A model generated the notes under the pieces. It saw nothing but the letters and a program-made list of their open reading frames with translations, did not search any database and was not told the origin of the DNA. From assembly GCA_049682815.1 (NCBI GenBank), contig JBAUII010000068.1, positions 4,738 to 68,737 of the forward strand: a stretch of 64,000 nucleotides of DNA, in the 5' to 3' direction. Position numbers and translations under genes: made by a program. Positions 10,486 to 20,501 of the stretch are shown here, one piece after another. Positions within the stretch are counted from its first letter, which is position 1; every line of letters begins with the position of its first letter. The DNA comes from Thermodesulfobacteriota bacterium. Its GTDB lineage: Bacteria > Desulfobacterota_D > UBA1144 > Nemesobacterales > CSP1-2.

Positions 10486-11166
10486 GTGTACCATCCAATG
10501 ATTCGAAATCTGGGAATCTCAATCCTCTTACTATCCACTTTTTTAATCCTCGTTTCACAGCCTGCGTCTGCAAAAGAGCCCGAAAATCTCCATACCTTAA
10601 AGCAGGCTGTAATCTTCTACCATGATTCCGGCGAATATAATTATGATCAGGAGGCGGTTGCGCAAAAAGCGCGTGATTATCTTGAGATGAGAATCAGTCA
10701 GGATACAAACAATCAAAAGTTAGCGATTGTTTTTGATATAGATGAAACGGCTCTCTCGAATTACCAGCACATGCTGAAATTGAATTTCGGCAGGATCCCC
10801 CAACTTGTGGTTGAAGACATAGAAAAGGCTGAGGATCCTGCGATTGAAACTACCTTCAAGCTCTATGAATATGCAAAAGAGAAAGGGGTTGCGATATTCT
10901 TTATAACAGGTCGCCAAGAGAGGCTTAGAGACGCTACTCAAAAAAATCTTAAATCCGTAGGATACGTAGAGTGGGACGGCTTGTATCTTAAGCCAAATGA
11001 TTACAAGGAAAAATCTGTGATCTCATATAAAAGCTCGACTAGAAAAAGGATTCAGGAAGAAGGGTACATTATAGTGGTTAACGTTGGAGATCAGTTCAGC
11101 GACCTGGCTGGAGGTTATGCCGAAAGGGTTTTTAAGCTTCCTAACCCATATTATTTTATTTCTTAA
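10486..11166 (+). CDS. Secreted class B acid phosphatase / HAD-superfamily phosphatase (e(P4)/plant acid phosphatase family)
   Basis: N-terminal signal peptide (ISILLLSTFLILVSQPASA). HAD motif I DIDETAL. The later FITGRQE and GDQFSDL motifs are typical of Acid_phosphat_B. Confidence 0.7.
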   Translation: MYHPMIRNLGISILLLSTFLILVSQPASAKEPENLHTLKQAVIFYHDSGEYNYDQEAVAQKARDYLEMRISQDTNNQKLAIVFDIDETALSNYQHMLKLNFGRIPQLVVEDIEKAEDPAIETTFKLYEYAKEKGVAIFFITGRQERLRDATQKNLKSVGYVEWDGLYLKPNDYKEKSVISYKSSTRKRIQEEGYIIVVNVGDQFSDLAGGYAERVFKLPNPYYFIS

Positions 11167-11257
11167 TGAATCATATTCCATTATCTATTCTGGTAACTCA
11201 TGTAATCCGAGCTTCGAAAACCTCGGCTATCGATGATGTGATAGATCATTTACATAC

Positions 11258-12166
11258 TTAAGCTGAATGAGAATTCATCATTTCGACAATCTCTTCTAAC
11301 ATGACTTCAGCGTTTTCCATACAGTCGTGTCTTGCATTTGGAACAACTCTCAACCTTATGTTTTTGTTTCCCGCCTCTTTACCTATTTTTACAAGCTCCT
11401 CAACCTCCCACTGATCGACGATGAAATCATTTTCGCCCCTTAAGAAAAGGATCGGTGTTTTGATTTTAGGAACATGTTTATGTGCCATAGCACCGTATGC
11501 GTGCGGCCCCATCATAAACCACCAGGTCTTATAGGTAAAGATTTCGTTATTCGTGGGCTCGGGCGTAGGACCCTTGGCCCTATAAACAACAAATATCTCG
11601 TCCCGCTTACTGTTGTAGGGATCGTCTCCTAGAACAGATTTCGCGGTTTCGTATATTTCTTCGTATGTCGGTGATCCTCCCCACTTTTCCAAACGGGCCC
11701 TCTGTGCTTCAGAAGTTGCATAATGAATTCCTTCCAACACGAGTCCCCTCACGTTTTGAGGACTTCTACTTGCTGTCCAGTAGGCAAGCATGCTGGCGCC
11801 CAGGCTGTAACCAAGGATATAGATATTTTTAAACCCAGTTTCATCGAGAAAATTAAGCGCGGCATCGATATCCATCAGAGTGTCATCGAAGATACCCTTT
11901 CCGGTAAACTGTCCCGCGAAAGCAAGCCTGGTGTTTAGGGACATAGAACCAAATCCCCGCTCGAGCAGGGCATGGGGCAGGAGGCGAGGAGTTCCCCTTG
12001 CAAGAAAGTGACCCAACAAGCCATGAATTTGGAGCAAAATCGGCTTGTCAAGGATTTCCTCTATTTTGACGTAATCCTTGGTGACCAATAGGCTGCTAAG
12101 AAAATTCCCATCCGAAGCTCGAAGCCTTATCAATTTCTGTTTCTCGCGGACTTTTGACTCAGTCAT
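11258..12166 (-). CDS. Alpha/beta-hydrolase fold protein (esterase/peptidase-like)
   Basis: GYSLGAS nucleophile elbow (GxSxG), with a downstream Asp/His consistent with a catalytic triad. Paralogous to the adjacent gene. Confidence 0.65.
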   Translation of the reverse strand: MTESKVREKQKLIRLRASDGNFLSSLLVTKDYVKIEEILDKPILLQIHGLLGHFLARGTPRLLPHALLERGFGSMSLNTRLAFAGQFTGKGIFDDTLMDIDAALNFLDETGFKNIYILGYSLGASMLAYWTASRSPQNVRGLVLEGIHYATSEAQRARLEKWGGSPTYEEIYETAKSVLGDDPYNSKRDEIFVVYRAKGPTPEPTNNEIFTYKTWWFMMGPHAYGAMAHKHVPKIKTPILFLRGENDFIVDQWEVEELVKIGKEAGNKNIRLRVVPNARHDCMENAEVMLEEIVEMMNSHSA

Positions 12167-12204
12167 ATTTCTGCTTTACAGGAGCTTATTTGATGCCTTG
12201 ATAT

Positions 12205-13119
12205 TTAGAACCTTTCGCCTAACCATTCAATAATTGCTTGTGCCAGTTCCTCATGTTTTCCGTCAAATGAATGGTTAGCATCGATATTCACATGTGTCAC
12301 ATCTTTATTGCCGCTACGCTTAGCTATTTCGCAAAGATCCTCAGATTCTCGACCCTCGATTATTTCATCCTTCGACGCATGAACAAAGAGTATAGGCGTA
12401 TGTTTAACATTTCCAACCTGTTTATAGGCCTTAGCGCCTTCAGCCTCCGGGCCGGCAAGAGCCCACCACGTTTTCAACGTGTAAATCTCGGTATGTTCGG
12501 GGAGGCTCGTAGGTCCATGAGCCTTTTTTACTACTATGGTCTCGTCATGGACGCGCTCTACTTTATCACCGAGCTCAATGATTCTTCGTGCCTTTTCATA
12601 GACCTCATCATAACTTGGCTCGCTCCCAAAACGTTCCCATCTTCTACGGATAGTATCAGGCATTGAAAATGGGGTCGCGATCGCTATTGCCCCACTTAAA
12701 TCGGGATATCTTTCAATGTCGTTTCTCCGCGCGCAGTATCTCAATGCTATACATCCGCCAAGTCCATGACCCGCAATGATAATTTTCTTGTAACCAATAT
12801 TTCTAAGATACTCGCAGACTCCATCGATTTGAGGAATAGCATCATCGAATATTCCAAAACCAAAAAAAAGTCCAAGATTTGCGAGAAGTGTGTTCATTGT
12901 AACGGAGGAGAAATCGTTATCAGCAAGTATGCTTGGGAGGTAGTGTTCTGTCTCATCAAGGAGGTTTCCAAGGATCCCGTGAAGACGAACAATCACAGGT
13001 TTATGTTCCCGGTGATTTAAATGAGTATCTATATGGTAATGAAGGGCGTCAATCTTATGAGAGTTGAAAGGTATGGATATAATCGTGCCTGAGTATTCTT
13101 CTATATTGTCGAAATTCAC
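12205..13119 (-). CDS. Alpha/beta-hydrolase fold protein, paralogue of the upstream gene
   Basis: Same length and architecture as 11258-12166. Shared motifs: HG(I/L)LG near the N-terminus, a G(H/Y)(G/S)LG elbow, KTWW, PILF. Confidence 0.65.
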   Translation of the reverse strand: MNFDNIEEYSGTIISIPFNSHKIDALHYHIDTHLNHREHKPVIVRLHGILGNLLDETEHYLPSILADNDFSSVTMNTLLANLGLFFGFGIFDDAIPQIDGVCEYLRNIGYKKIIIAGHGLGGCIALRYCARRNDIERYPDLSGAIAIATPFSMPDTIRRRWERFGSEPSYDEVYEKARRIIELGDKVERVHDETIVVKKAHGPTSLPEHTEIYTLKTWWALAGPEAEGAKAYKQVGNVKHTPILFVHASKDEIIEGRESEDLCEIAKRSGNKDVTHVNIDANHSFDGKHEELAQAIIEWLGERF

Positions 13120-13140
13120 TTACTCTAACCCCCGATGTCC

Positions 13141-13860
13141 TTACGCTTTTCCATATACGGGTATACCGGCACCGCTTATGAGCTTTGAATCATCCGACGA
13201 GAGAAAGACTATGACCCTTGCAATCTCTTCGGGTTTTACCCATTTTGAAAAATCAGCCTCAGGCATATCCCTTCTGTTTGCAGGGGTATCTATGGTGCTT
13301 GGAAGCACCGCATTCACATTCATCTCGTAATCCTTTACCTCATCTGCGATTGTTTCCGTCAGGTTCAAAACCCCGGCCTTTGAGGCCGAGTAGGCACCTA
13401 CACCGGCCGAGCCTTTCAGGGCCGGCCGTGAGGATATATTGATTATTTTCCCATAATTTTGCTCAATCATTCGCGGGAGTACATATTTCGAGCATAGAAA
13501 AGCAGATTTTAAATTTAAATTCATCATAAGATCCCAGGTTTTCTCATCCGTGTCCTTTATATAGGAGAAAGCAAATCCGCCCACGACATTGACCAGGATA
13601 TCAACTCTTTTAAAATTCCTGGTGGTATTTGTAATCATGTTGAATACATCCTTCTTATTTGTAACATCGGCTTTAATAAAAACAATTTTGTCTTTATGTT
13701 TCTTAGTTAATGAAAGACATTCTTTTTTCTCCTTATCAACAATATAAGTACAAACTACCTTCGCACCCTCTTCAAGAAACGCTATGGTGATCGCCTTTCC
13801 CAGCGCACCCGTACCGCCGGTGACGATCGCTATCTTATTTTTAAGGGCATTCATTGGCAT
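13141..13860 (-). CDS. Short-chain dehydrogenase/reductase (SDR) family oxidoreductase
   Basis: TGGTGALGKAI Rossmann motif, NVVG, and a YxxxK active site (YSASK). Confidence 0.75.
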   Translation of the reverse strand: MPMNALKNKIAIVTGGTGALGKAITIAFLEEGAKVVCTYIVDKEKKECLSLTKKHKDKIVFIKADVTNKKDVFNMITNTTRNFKRVDILVNVVGGFAFSYIKDTDEKTWDLMMNLNLKSAFLCSKYVLPRMIEQNYGKIINISSRPALKGSAGVGAYSASKAGVLNLTETIADEVKDYEMNVNAVLPSTIDTPANRRDMPEADFSKWVKPEEIARVIVFLSSDDSKLISGAGIPVYGKA

Positions 13861-14147
13861 CTCCTTAAACTATTCAGGATTTTCTCCGCTTATTCGAAGA
13901 CTGCAAGATAAATAAAATCTAAGGGATTTATTTTAATCGATTAATGAGATGTCACAATGGGTTAGATAACCAAAGGGAGAATTTTAAATACGTAAAACAC
14001 GCTTGGCACCTTACTTGGACTTGCTGCTCGTACTGTTGCTCTAGCAGCCTAAAATTTATTAACTTAAAGAAAAAAATAAGTATCTGTTGTCCCTATTGTT
14101 CAAATTTTAAAAAGGGTCGACATTATTTCACAATTATTTCAAAAACG

Positions 14148-14186
14148 GCGTCATTGCGAGAAACCATGTTTCGAAGCAATCTCATC
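14148..14186 (+). repeat. Repeat family A copy (GTCATTGCGAG-hairpin-CGAAGCAATCTCA)
   Basis: Related copies occur at 14477-14512 (+), 15597-15635 (-) and 53668-53703 (+). The outer ATTGC/GCAAT complementarity is retained, and the variable inner segment keeps its self-complementarity (gaaac/gtttc vs gtggc/gccac). Confidence 0.7.
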
Positions 14187-14435
14187 CGTTGCAATAATCC
14201 TATTCATTTACCAGAAATCCGATTGACTGTCTGTGAGGAGTCCCCAGTAGCGGAGGACTTCAGTCCTCCACTTATCTTCTAATTGATAATGATATAAAGA
14301 AAGATGAGAAGAAAGAGGGATTTGTTGATGAGAAAAGTATCAAAGACAATTCAAGAAATAGCGGGGAAGAGGAAAAATAAGTTGAAACAATGGTCAATTG
14401 TAGACCCGTTCGCTTATATTGGGAACCTACTTACC

Positions 14436-14472
14436 GCCTGTCATTCCCCAATCAGTTATTGGGAATCCGCAT
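14436..14472 (-). repeat. Repeat family B copy (ATGGATTCCCGATAAC..TCGGGAATGACA hairpin element)
   Basis: Other copies occur at about 14958-15030 (composite), 15360-15398 and 15399-15436 (tandem), 15637-15675, and 53606-53650 (-). The stem bases differ between copies by compensatory changes (cccgag/ctcggg vs ccccaat/attgggg). Confidence 0.7.
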
Positions 14473-14716
14473 AGTTGTCATTAGCGAGAAACTACGTATC
14501 GAAGCAATCTCAGATCCCGTCATGATAAAAAAGGATTTGAACGGCCTTCCAAAAATTGCGTTAAGAAAATCAGAAACGAAGACGTATAGAAAAATTTGTG
14601 GGTTGTGGTTGAATTAAATTTTTTAGTCGGCGTTTATGATTTGTAGCGAATTTTTGGGTAGCCTTGATTTTTGCTTCTTTGTATCAAGACAAAGAAGTCA
14701 GAAAGAAGAGTAAGAT

Positions 14717-15319
14717 ATAAGTCAATATGCATGCCTGGCACCGCACTTTTTCCTCAGAAACTTCAACGAGAATCTCTGGGGCCAGGCATGCAAATTGACA
14801 CTTATAAGCTATCTTTGTTCTTCCCCCGTTGTTTCTTAATTTACCTTTGTTAGTTTCTTCATCATCAGCTTCCTCTTTCTTGTTCTTTTCTTTCTATTCG
14901 TCGAAGTATCCTAGTTCTTCAAGAGATAGGCAGGAGATCGCCACAGGGCTTTGCCCTTCGCGATGACAATATGGATTCCCGATAACGCTTGTCCTCGAAA
15001 TCCTTGATCGGGGAATCCTCGGGAATGGCGGTTGGTGGGGCAGGGGGGTCTATAATAAGAAATTAGAGCAAAGAGAGAAGATAAAGTCAAACAGGCTTCT
15101 TTATGGAATAAGATAATAATAGGTGGTTATGGGAGTATCTGTGGCTAACGGGGTCCGTCAAAAGAGAGTGACTGAGCTCTGAACTGCCGGATGCTCCCAG
15201 CCTATACCCTGTCTAATGGGAAGATGCCTATCGGTGGCTATTATAGACGGGATAAAAGGTATTGGCAGAGCCACAAAATCTAAGACACACAAACTCGGTG
15301 CCTGGCATGCATATTGACT
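14717..15319. mobile_element. MITE-like non-autonomous element bounded by ~25-nt terminal inverted repeats (AGTCAATATGCATGCCTGGCACCG), with a third TIR copy inside at 14770-14790
   Basis: The left end 14717-14742 and the inverted right end 15294-15319 match at about 24 of 26 positions. The interior has no long ORF and carries copies of repeat families B and C. No transposase is present. Confidence 0.5.
14921..14992 (+). repeat. Repeat family C (about 60-75 bp direct repeat), copy 1; copy 2 at 15311-15388
   Basis: GGAGATC(G/A)CCACAGGGCTTTGCCCTTCGCGATGACAATATGGAT(T/C)CCCGATAAC is shared with about 3 mismatches. It embeds a GGGC-TTTG-CCC hairpin and a family-B head. Confidence 0.7.
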
Positions 15320-15851
15320 CTATAGAGGAGATCACCACAGGGCTTTGCCCTTCGCGATGACAATATGGATCCCCGATAACTATCCTCGTGGATGACAAAA
15401 GGTGGTGTCCCGATAACGGTCCTCGAGAATGACAACCCTTGAGATCTGTTCAACCTAGTCATCAGATCGATTTCACTCAATGGAGGCACTTCGACCCTTC
15501 GATGGAATTCAGGACAGTGTGAACGGATTAGGATACAGGATGTATGATCCACGATGCATGATGGTAGGAGGGAATGAAAGAAAATGGGTATTAAATATGA
15601 GATTGCTTCGAAGACGAGTTTCTCGCGATTGACGTCTTTATGGATTCCCGATAACAATCCTCGGGAATGACAAAAGGGAAAAGAAGGGTAGGCGAATATA
15701 ATTTTGTCGGGCTAGTCTCTTTCGTGGGTTAACAAGAACCCCAAAAAATCCCTGCTTGTTACCTGTAAATATATCTTCAATATTCTGCTTGACATCAATA
15801 CTGACATGGTCTTAGAATTAAAAGCTGATAAATTCTATCGAAAGGAATAGG

Positions 15852-16187
15852 ATGGACATCCTCATTTCAATGAAGGCAGAAACGATTCAGAAAGGTCTAT
15901 ACATGAATTGCAACATAATGCAGATGCCAACTGCTCAAGCAAAGCCCTATTTTATTATGGAGCTCCGAGAAGATAATGAAGGTAAGCTTAAACTTATCAA
16001 ACAATACGCCGAAATCCTTCAAGAAAAATTCGACGAAGATGAGGAATTTCTGATCGAGCATACAAACCTCGGGATCATACTTAAGAAAAGGGTTGATGAA
16101 GGCATACAATATATGGAAGCGTGGGATAATTGGGTTGCATTTTCGAGGAAAGTGTATGAAGAACTAGCGGAAATAGTAGGAGAATAA
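15852..16187 (+). CDS. Hypothetical small acidic protein (111 aa)
   Basis: Intact ORF between the repeat region and ileS. No recognisable motif. Confidence 0.35.
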   Translation: MDILISMKAETIQKGLYMNCNIMQMPTAQAKPYFIMELREDNEGKLKLIKQYAEILQEKFDEDEEFLIEHTNLGIILKKRVDEGIQYMEAWDNWVAFSRKVYEELAEIVGE

Positions 16188-16342
16188 TTGACTAATGTTA
16201 TCCCTATTATCTCATAAGTATAACCTATAACTCAACTTGCATTTCCATCTATCTTGGCTAATATTCTTTTCACTTTATAAAGAATCCGCTAACCAACCAT
16301 TAATACTTTGACCAATCAGAAAAGCCGGAGAAAAATCACCAT

Positions 16343-19168
16343 ATGGCTGATGAGAAAACTATCGATTATAAGAGTACACTGAACCTTCCAAGAACAGATT
16401 TTAAGATGAAGGCCAACCTTAATCAGATGGAGCCCGAAATTCTAAAAGCCTGGGACAAGCACGAACTATATAAAAAGATCAGACACACATCGAGAGGGAA
16501 GCCTAGATTTATTCTCCATGACGGACCACCGTATGCGAATGGACACATACACCTCGGTCACTGTTTGAATAAGATACTAAAGGACATTATCGTAAAATCG
16601 AAGACAATGAGTGGGATGGATTGTTATTTTGTTCCAGGCTGGGATTGCCACGGTCTTCCGATTGAATACCAAGTCACGAAAGATTTAGGACCTAAGAAGG
16701 AAGCCAAAACGATATATGAGATCAGAAGCATGTGTAGGGAATATGCCGATAAATTTGTAAAAATTCAGCGGGACGAGTTCAAGCGAATAGGGATCTTTGG
16801 AGATTGGGAGAATCCCTATCTCACTATGGACTTTGATTACGAGGCCACAATCGCCGGTGAGCTTGGAAACTTTGTCAAAGCAGGAAACCTGTACCGAGGG
16901 AAAAAGCCAGTGTACTGGTGTTATCATTGCGAGACAGCACTGGCAGAGGCTGAGGTTGAATATGATGATAAGATGTCCCCATCCATCTATGTTAAATTTC
17001 CTTTTGATTCTGAAACGTTGACTTCAAGATTTCCTTCCCTCAAAGATAAGAAGGTTTATGCTTTGATCTGGACAACAACCCCCTGGACACTTCCGGCAAA
17101 TCTGGCCCTTGCTTTTAATCCCGATTATACATACGCTGCAGTTGATTATAAAGAAGAGGTCCTGATTTTGGCAGAAGCACTTGCCGAAAAAGTCTTGGGA
17201 AGTGAGATTCAAATAATTGAGAGGTTTAAAGGAAACGAAATGGAGGGGATAGAGGTCAAGCATCCTTTTTATAGCAGAAAGTCCCTGGTGACCCTAGGAA
17301 CCTTTGTCACGCTTGACGCTGGTACCGGAATCGTTCATATAGCACCGGGACATGGACAGGATGACTATGAAATCGGTATGAAGCACAATCTCGAGATTTA
17401 TGCCCCGGTGGATAAAAAGGGTGTATTTACGGATGAAGTCGAATACTTTGCGGGCATGTTTGTCTATGACGCAAATGAGAGTATTATCGAAAAACTAAGG
17501 GAGGTGGGAAATCTTCTCGATGAGGGTAATTTGACCCACTCATATCCCCACTGCTGGAGATGTAAAAACCCGATTATTTTCAGGGCAACGCCGCAGTGGT
17601 TTATTTCGATGGAGATAAACAGTCTGAGGTCGAAGGCGCTTAAGGAAATCGATAAAGTGAAATGGATCCCCCCTTGGGGTAAGGAAAGAATATTCAACAT
17701 GGTTCAGAATCGCCCGGATTGGTGTGTCTCAAGGCAGAGGGCATGGGGTGTGCCGATAGCAATTTTCTATTGTTCAGAATGCGGCCACGCATTGCTCGAT
17801 CCAGAACTCGTTTATCATGTCGCCGAAATTTTTAAAGAGCACGGTTCGGATATGTGGTTTAAATTAGATGTGAATGAACTTATTCCTGCCGGAATCAAAT
17901 GCCCCGAATGCGGTAGTGATAATTTTGTGAAGGAAACCGATATCCTGGATGTCTGGTTTGATTCAGGCGTAAGCTTTTCTTCTGTGCTGGAAAGAAACCC
18001 GGAACTATATATGCCGGCCGATATGTACCTCGAGGGAAGCGATCAACACCGTGGATGGTTTCACTCAAGCCTACTTGTGGCGGTGGGAACGAGGGATAAG
18101 GCACCTTATAAATCGGTACTCACGCACGGCTTTGTCGTGGACAAGGAAGGCGAAAAGATGTCAAAATCAAAGGGCAACGTAATTTCCCCCTCTGACATTC
18201 TGGGTAAGTACGGAGCCGAAATACTGAGGTTATGGGTAGCAGCGGAGGATTACAGGGGGGATATCAGGATCTCTACTGAGATACTAGAAAGACTTATTGA
18301 ATCGTACAGAAAGATAAGAAATACCTTCCGATACCTACTAGGAAATCTTTTTGATTTTGATCCCTTGAAAGATCATGTGGTTTACGAGAACCTTGATGAA
18401 ATCGACAAATGGATACTCCATAAGCTGGGAATATCAAGCAACACGATGTTCACAGCGTATGATCGTTATGAATTCCATGTCGTATACCATGAGTTGCAAA
18501 GGTTCTGCATCGTTGATTTGAGTTCTGTATACATGGATGTTCAAAAGGATCTTCTATATACTTACCATGCAAATTCGCGAAAGAGAAGATCTTCTCAAAC
18601 CGCAATGTATATGATCCTGAGCTGGCTCACCAGGCTTTCCGCTCCGATCCTCACATTTACGGCGGATGAGGTTTGGAGATTTATTCCCGGGATCTTCGAG
18701 GAAAGTGTCCATCTCTCAACATTCCCTGAAGTTGACTTTGTCAATAATGAACTCGACGAAAAGTGGAATAAGTTGATGGCCTTCAGAGACGAGATCTTAA
18801 AAGCGCTGGAGATGGCAAGAGGTGCTAAACTCATAAGGAGCTCCCTTGAAGCCGGCATTGAGATTTACGGCGATCCCGACACTGTCTCATTTATATCCGA
18901 AAACCTTGAACTAATAAGGGTACTTTCAATTGTATCGCATATAGAAATCCTAGATGAGCCCCCTCAAGGGGTTAATTTCATACATAAGAGCACTGAATTT
19001 GAGAGATTGATCGTAAAGGTCGTGAAAGCACCGGGGGATAAATGTGAAAGGTGCTGGACCTATAGAATTTCTGTCGGGGACAACCCGGATCATCCAACAA
19101 TTTGTCATGTATGCGTAGATAATCTTGGGGGAAGGGATATTCTATATAACACAACATCCTCTGAGTGA
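16343..19168 (+). CDS. ileS: Isoleucyl-tRNA synthetase
   Basis: HIGH motif (PYANGHIHLGH), KMSKS motif, and a C-terminal zinc-binding CxxC pair (CERCW ... CHVC). Confidence 0.9.
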   Translation: MADEKTIDYKSTLNLPRTDFKMKANLNQMEPEILKAWDKHELYKKIRHTSRGKPRFILHDGPPYANGHIHLGHCLNKILKDIIVKSKTMSGMDCYFVPGWDCHGLPIEYQVTKDLGPKKEAKTIYEIRSMCREYADKFVKIQRDEFKRIGIFGDWENPYLTMDFDYEATIAGELGNFVKAGNLYRGKKPVYWCYHCETALAEAEVEYDDKMSPSIYVKFPFDSETLTSRFPSLKDKKVYALIWTTTPWTLPANLALAFNPDYTYAAVDYKEEVLILAEALAEKVLGSEIQIIERFKGNEMEGIEVKHPFYSRKSLVTLGTFVTLDAGTGIVHIAPGHGQDDYEIGMKHNLEIYAPVDKKGVFTDEVEYFAGMFVYDANESIIEKLREVGNLLDEGNLTHSYPHCWRCKNPIIFRATPQWFISMEINSLRSKALKEIDKVKWIPPWGKERIFNMVQNRPDWCVSRQRAWGVPIAIFYCSECGHALLDPELVYHVAEIFKEHGSDMWFKLDVNELIPAGIKCPECGSDNFVKETDILDVWFDSGVSFSSVLERNPELYMPADMYLEGSDQHRGWFHSSLLVAVGTRDKAPYKSVLTHGFVVDKEGEKMSKSKGNVISPSDILGKYGAEILRLWVAAEDYRGDIRISTEILERLIESYRKIRNTFRYLLGNLFDFDPLKDHVVYENLDEIDKWILHKLGISSNTMFTAYDRYEFHVVYHELQRFCIVDLSSVYMDVQKDLLYTYHANSRKRRSSQTAMYMILSWLTRLSAPILTFTADEVWRFIPGIFEESVHLSTFPEVDFVNNELDEKWNKLMAFRDEILKALEMARGAKLIRSSLEAGIEIYGDPDTVSFISENLELIRVLSIVSHIEILDEPPQGVNFIHKSTEFERLIVKVVKAPGDKCERCWTYRISVGDNPDHPTICHVCVDNLGGRDILYNTTSSE

Positions 19169-19233
19169 ATCAATCGCACGCGGTATGGATAAGAATAATC
19201 AGAATTTTCTGTTAGACTTGACGTAATGACCAA

Positions 19234-20304
19234 CTATTCCAAACCTGGCCATCTCACGATTGGTTCAGTTGACCTCACAACATGCATCCCGGTGCTATCA
19301 AATCGTTCAAAGGCAATATCAGCTTCTTCCGTATAGTCTATAATTCCGGGAATCACAACAGGTGACGTACAATCCTCCAATAGATAGATCCTTTCTACAA
19401 GGCTTTTATCAACTTTCATTACTCCATCCAGCAAATCAGATATTGTCCATGCAACACAATGACTCTTTGCCTGACCGGCGATTATAATTGCATCAAAGGC
19501 CCTAAATTCGTGAAGTATTTCCTCTGACCGGGTACTTTTCTGAAATAGTGACTGTGTCCTCAATCCAATGGGCTTGCCGTCCGGACCCGACTTCACTTCT
19601 GGGGCCAAAACCGAGTAATGCTCCGTAAGAGGATTATCCCCCTTAACATGAATATGAGGCTGGCTGTACCTTGCGATTGTATGGAAAAAGATTGCCTCCT
19701 CAACAGATGAGACTAAAGCGTGGCCGATACCGCCCAACATTGCATGATAGGGCCAAACCGTGAGTTCATATTTGCCTGTTTTTTTCAGTTCCTCGGTATA
19801 GTGAAGTAAGTGGTTATTAACATACTCCGGACTTCGTTTTATGTTATGGCTCAGCAACTCATTGAATCTCCACCGACCTTCTCTAATATCGTCATGTGAG
19901 ATCAAAGTAAAAGGGGAGGGGTGCTCTCCATTTTCATCCACAAGAAATATACTATGGAAAATCTGCATTGCCTGGTGTGTGTCCATCGTCGGCATGATCT
20001 GGGTAATTAGATGCAGATTCCGGTAAATGAAATCGCATAATTTTTGATTGTCATGTACTGCCCCCATTCCAGACCTTCCACCAACAAAAAGCTCAAATTC
20101 CGGGATACAGAAGGTATTCTGAACATCGACAATCACGAGACAAAGCTTGAAGCTGTCATCGCTCGAAGGCTCGATATTATGGTTCTTAGACCAGTCGCTT
20201 GCCGCCTTGCCAATTTTTTGATAATCCACCTTCCATACCCTGGATACCATTTCTGGATCGAAATGGGGAGGAATCGGAAGCTCACGGCGGTTCGGATTAA
20301 TCAT
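19234..20304 (-). CDS. Isochorismatase-family cysteine hydrolase (nicotinamidase-like) with N-terminal extension
   Basis: LVIVDVQNTFC (the D..Q.DF-type motif of isochorismatase-like hydrolases). Catalytic-Cys region AGQAKSHCVAWT. Confidence 0.6.
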   Translation of the reverse strand: MINPNRRELPIPPHFDPEMVSRVWKVDYQKIGKAASDWSKNHNIEPSSDDSFKLCLVIVDVQNTFCIPEFELFVGGRSGMGAVHDNQKLCDFIYRNLHLITQIMPTMDTHQAMQIFHSIFLVDENGEHPSPFTLISHDDIREGRWRFNELLSHNIKRSPEYVNNHLLHYTEELKKTGKYELTVWPYHAMLGGIGHALVSSVEEAIFFHTIARYSQPHIHVKGDNPLTEHYSVLAPEVKSGPDGKPIGLRTQSLFQKSTRSEEILHEFRAFDAIIIAGQAKSHCVAWTISDLLDGVMKVDKSLVERIYLLEDCTSPVVIPGIIDYTEEADIAFERFDSTGMHVVRSTEPIVRWPGLE

Positions 20305-20501
20305 AGAATTGATATTTTACAGATCGCCTTTAGCAACGTAAAAGCTGTTTTGACTGACGTGTCGGACTGACCCCCCGCTTCCTAAGTCAGCATGCCGTTT
20401 TTTGATCCTCGAACAAATTCAGCATGACGCCAACCGCGCAGAATGACCGTTTCGAGAACAAAAAGGTTTGTGGACTTTCAAAATCCGCTTCGGGTGATCA
20501 T

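Noticed and set aside
13944-14853. ORFs of 60-112 aa called inside the repeat region (13944-14282, 14390-14617, 14671-14853)
   Set aside because: They run through palindromic repeat copies and have Cys/Ser-rich low-complexity translations with no RBS. They are most likely spurious.
13861-15851. Possible CRISPR array in the repeat-rich non-coding region
   Set aside because: The repeats belong to several different families, occur in both orientations and are irregularly spaced. There is no constant repeat-spacer periodicity and no cas genes nearby.
16188-16342. T-box leader upstream of ileS
   Set aside because: The leader is only about 150 nt and lacks the conserved T-box sequence (AATGGGTGGTACCGCG-like) and a specifier/antiterminator architecture.
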